Positions 30,462 through 32,000 of a stretch of 32,000 nt of DNA are shown here, one piece after another. The notes beneath the pieces are model-generated. The model had not been told where the DNA came from. It saw only the letters and a program-made list of their open reading frames with translations, and made no database searches. Both the position numbers and the translations under genes were made by a program. The DNA comes from Pyrodictium occultum (GTDB lineage: Archaea > Thermoproteota > Thermoprotei_A > Sulfolobales > Pyrodictiaceae). The stretch is from NCBI RefSeq assembly GCF_001462395.1, contig NZ_LNTB01000001.1, positions 780,001 through 812,000 on the forward strand, read 5' to 3'. Each line of letters starts with the position of its first letter. Positions within the stretch are counted from its first letter, which is position 1.

Positions 30462-32000
30462 TTGGCCTCTATATTGCAGAGCCACTACGGGCACTACGAT
30501 TACTCCCGTATACACAGCACGGACGTGCCCCTCCAGGTAGTGAAGCCGGCCACCAGCATAGACCTGGAGGGGTTCCTCTGGAGGGAGGACCCCAGTATAA
30601 AGGAGATATTGGCCTCCTCGAGCAGCCTCGAGGAGGCCAGGAGGAGCCTATTCCTCTACCTAAACCAGCTCGAGTGGCGCCTCTACAGCGGCGAGGATAA
30701 GCTCCACCCCCTAGTGGAGGCCGTGGCGAGGGACGCTATACGCGTATTCAAGAACATAATATCGCCTAGGAACGAGAAGCTGACCGGCTACAGCGCCCTC
30801 TACTGTCTCTGGAGGCTCGCCCGGGAGGGGAGAGCGGCCGCCAGGGAGGTTGACGAGGGCTTCGTATACGAGTTCAAGCACCTATTCAAGGCTATAAACG
30901 GGAGGCCGGACATCTACCCCGCCAAGTACGCGGAGGGCCTGGAACAGGTAGACTTCACCAGGATAAAGGGCCGCAGGGCCGGCATAGCCAGGAGCAACTA
31001 CCTCGACGAACTCGCCAGGAGGGTTAGGGAGTACCTCAAACGCTACCCCAGCGGCCTCGACCCGGAGGTGGTGAAGCGGAGGCGGAGGAATGTCGAGAGG
31101 ATACTCCAGGTGCTGGGAGGCTCGCCCGACGATTGGAGAGACTACCGCTGGCACTTCCGCAACGCGCTCAAGGGCCGCCGCGGGATAAAGGTGCTGCGAG
31201 AGCTCCTTGGCCTCGAGGGCGAGGACCTGGAGGCGCTCACCAAGGCCCTGGAGCACCGTGTACCCTTCGGCATAACCCCCTACTACCTCCACCTCTTCGA
31301 CCTCGACAGCCCGTGGAGCCACGACCACCAGGTGAGGAGGCAGGTCCTCCCACCGCTCCACTACGTGAAGACGATGATAGAGCATAGGGATGACAGGGAG
31401 TACTACTTCGACTTCATGGGGGAGCACGACACCAGCCCCCACCCCTTGATAACTCGCCGCTACCCGATGGTGGCTATACTCAAGGCGGCTAACACCTGCC
31501 CGCAGATATGCGTCTACTGCCAGCGCAACTGGGAGATAGTGACCGCCCTAGACCCCCAGGGGATACCCGCCAGGAAGCTGATAGATAAGGCGATAGACTG
31601 GTTCGCGGAGCACCCGGAGATAAGGGATGTACTGGTAACCGGCGGCGACTCTATGATACTCGATGACGCCACTATAGAGCATATAGTGAAGAGGCTCTCC
31701 GAGCTGGACCACGTGGAGCTGATAAGGATAGGCACGAGGATACTCGTAACAGTGCCCTTCAGGATAACCGAGGAGCTGGCCGAGATGCTTGGCAGCTACG
31801 TCGAGCCCGGCAAGAGGGTGATAAGCATCTCGACCCACGTGGAGTCCGCCTACGAGGTCACGCCCGAGATGGCTGAGGCCGTCTACAAGCTCCGCCGCAA
31901 CGGGATAATGGTGTACAACCAGCAGGTCTACACCTTCTGGGTGAGCCGCCGCTTCGAGACGGTGGCGCTGAGAATAGCCCTCAAGAAGGCCGGGATAGAC
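30462..32000 (+). CDS. KamA-family (lysine 2,3-aminomutase-like) radical SAM/PLP enzyme, long form; 3' end outside window
   Basis: This ORF is not in the track because it has no stop inside the window. The frame is open from 30426 to 32000. Motifs: WRDYRWHFRNAL, FGITPYYLHLF, TRRYPMVAILKAANTCPQICVYCQRNW (CxxxCxxC at 31497-31520), VLVTGGDSMIL, IRIGTRILV, STHVES. About 225 codons precede the normal family N-terminus. The start is probably TTG 30462 (GGTGGAG 5 nt upstream); there are no in-frame ATGs early in the ORF. Confidence 0.8.
   Translation, partial: MASILQSHYGHYDYSRIHSTDVPLQVVKPATSIDLEGFLWREDPSIKEILASSSSLEEARRSLFLYLNQLEWRLYSGEDKLHPLVEAVARDAIRVFKNIISPRNEKLTGYSALYCLWRLAREGRAAAREVDEGFVYEFKHLFKAINGRPDIYPAKYAEGLEQVDFTRIKGRRAGIARSNYLDELARRVREYLKRYPSGLDPEVVKRRRRNVERILQVLGGSPDDWRDYRWHFRNALKGRRGIKVLRELLGLEGEDLEALTKALEHRVPFGITPYYLHLFDLDSPWSHDHQVRRQVLPPLHYVKTMIEHRDDREYYFDFMGEHDTSPHPLITRRYPMVAILKAANTCPQICVYCQRNWEIVTALDPQGIPARKLIDKAIDWFAEHPEIRDVLVTGGDSMILDDATIEHIVKRLSELDHVELIRIGTRILVTVPFRITEELAEMLGSYVEPGKRVISISTHVESAYEVTPEMAEAVYKLRRNGIMVYNQQVYTFWVSRRFETVALRIALKKAGID

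Noticed and set aside
30452-30700. 82-aa ORF listed at the start of the KamA region
   Set aside because: It is in a different frame from the >1.5-kb open frame that carries the KamA motifs. Its product is Gly/Pro/Arg-rich. The GGTGGAG it would start in serves better as the SD for TTG 30462.
1-32000. CRISPR arrays, IS elements/transposases, rRNA, defence islands
   Set aside because: I saw no regularly spaced direct repeats, and no transposase, integrase or Cas-like ORFs. No rRNA-like conserved stretches were seen on either strand.

Overview
This is a GC-rich (roughly 60%) archaeal chromosome segment. It is most likely from a hyperthermophilic crenarchaeon (Aeropyrum/Desulfurococcales-like). 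That placement is inferred from ATA/AGG/AAG codon preference, TTTAWA-type TATA boxes 25-40 nt upstream of start codons, a crenarchaeal single-OB SSB, aEF-2 with the diphthamide motif, and a tRNA-Gln with an A1-U72 pair.

The window is densely packed and mostly housekeeping. In order it carries:
- the 3' part of aEF-2, a CBS protein, an HDAC-type deacetylase, and an atypical kinase-fold protein
- an unlisted 53-aa C2H2 zinc-finger ORF
- a tetrapyrrole cluster (hemL-hemC-cobA-hemD) and tRNA-Gln(UUG)
- gcvT, gatB, cdd and ssb
- a five-gene Opp/Dpp-class ABC transporter
- a long co-directional string: crcB, DUF190, a standalone ArcS-like DUF5591 protein, serA, a class-V aminotransferase, a radical-SAM/HhH protein and a PAP2_C-like membrane protein
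- an orphan ABC ATPase with a secreted hypothetical protein
- the 5' part of a long-form KamA-family radical SAM enzyme

I saw no CRISPR array, IS element, integrase or rRNA.

The most noteworthy observations are:
1. The unlisted eukaryote-type C2H2 mini-protein next to the kinase-fold gene.
2. The conserved C-terminus of the second ABC ATPase, stranded in the -1 frame behind a C4 run.
3. A standalone DUF5591 module and a COG4277-type radical-SAM/HhH protein in one gene string, with the latter lacking its usual partner.
4. A KamA-family enzyme with a ~225-aa unknown N-terminal extension.
5. A family of GC-rich palindromes built on GGGGCT-NN-AGCCCC and CCCCTAG cores, sitting at gene 3' ends and in two intergenic regions.

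All functional assignments come from reading motifs by eye. No database search was run.
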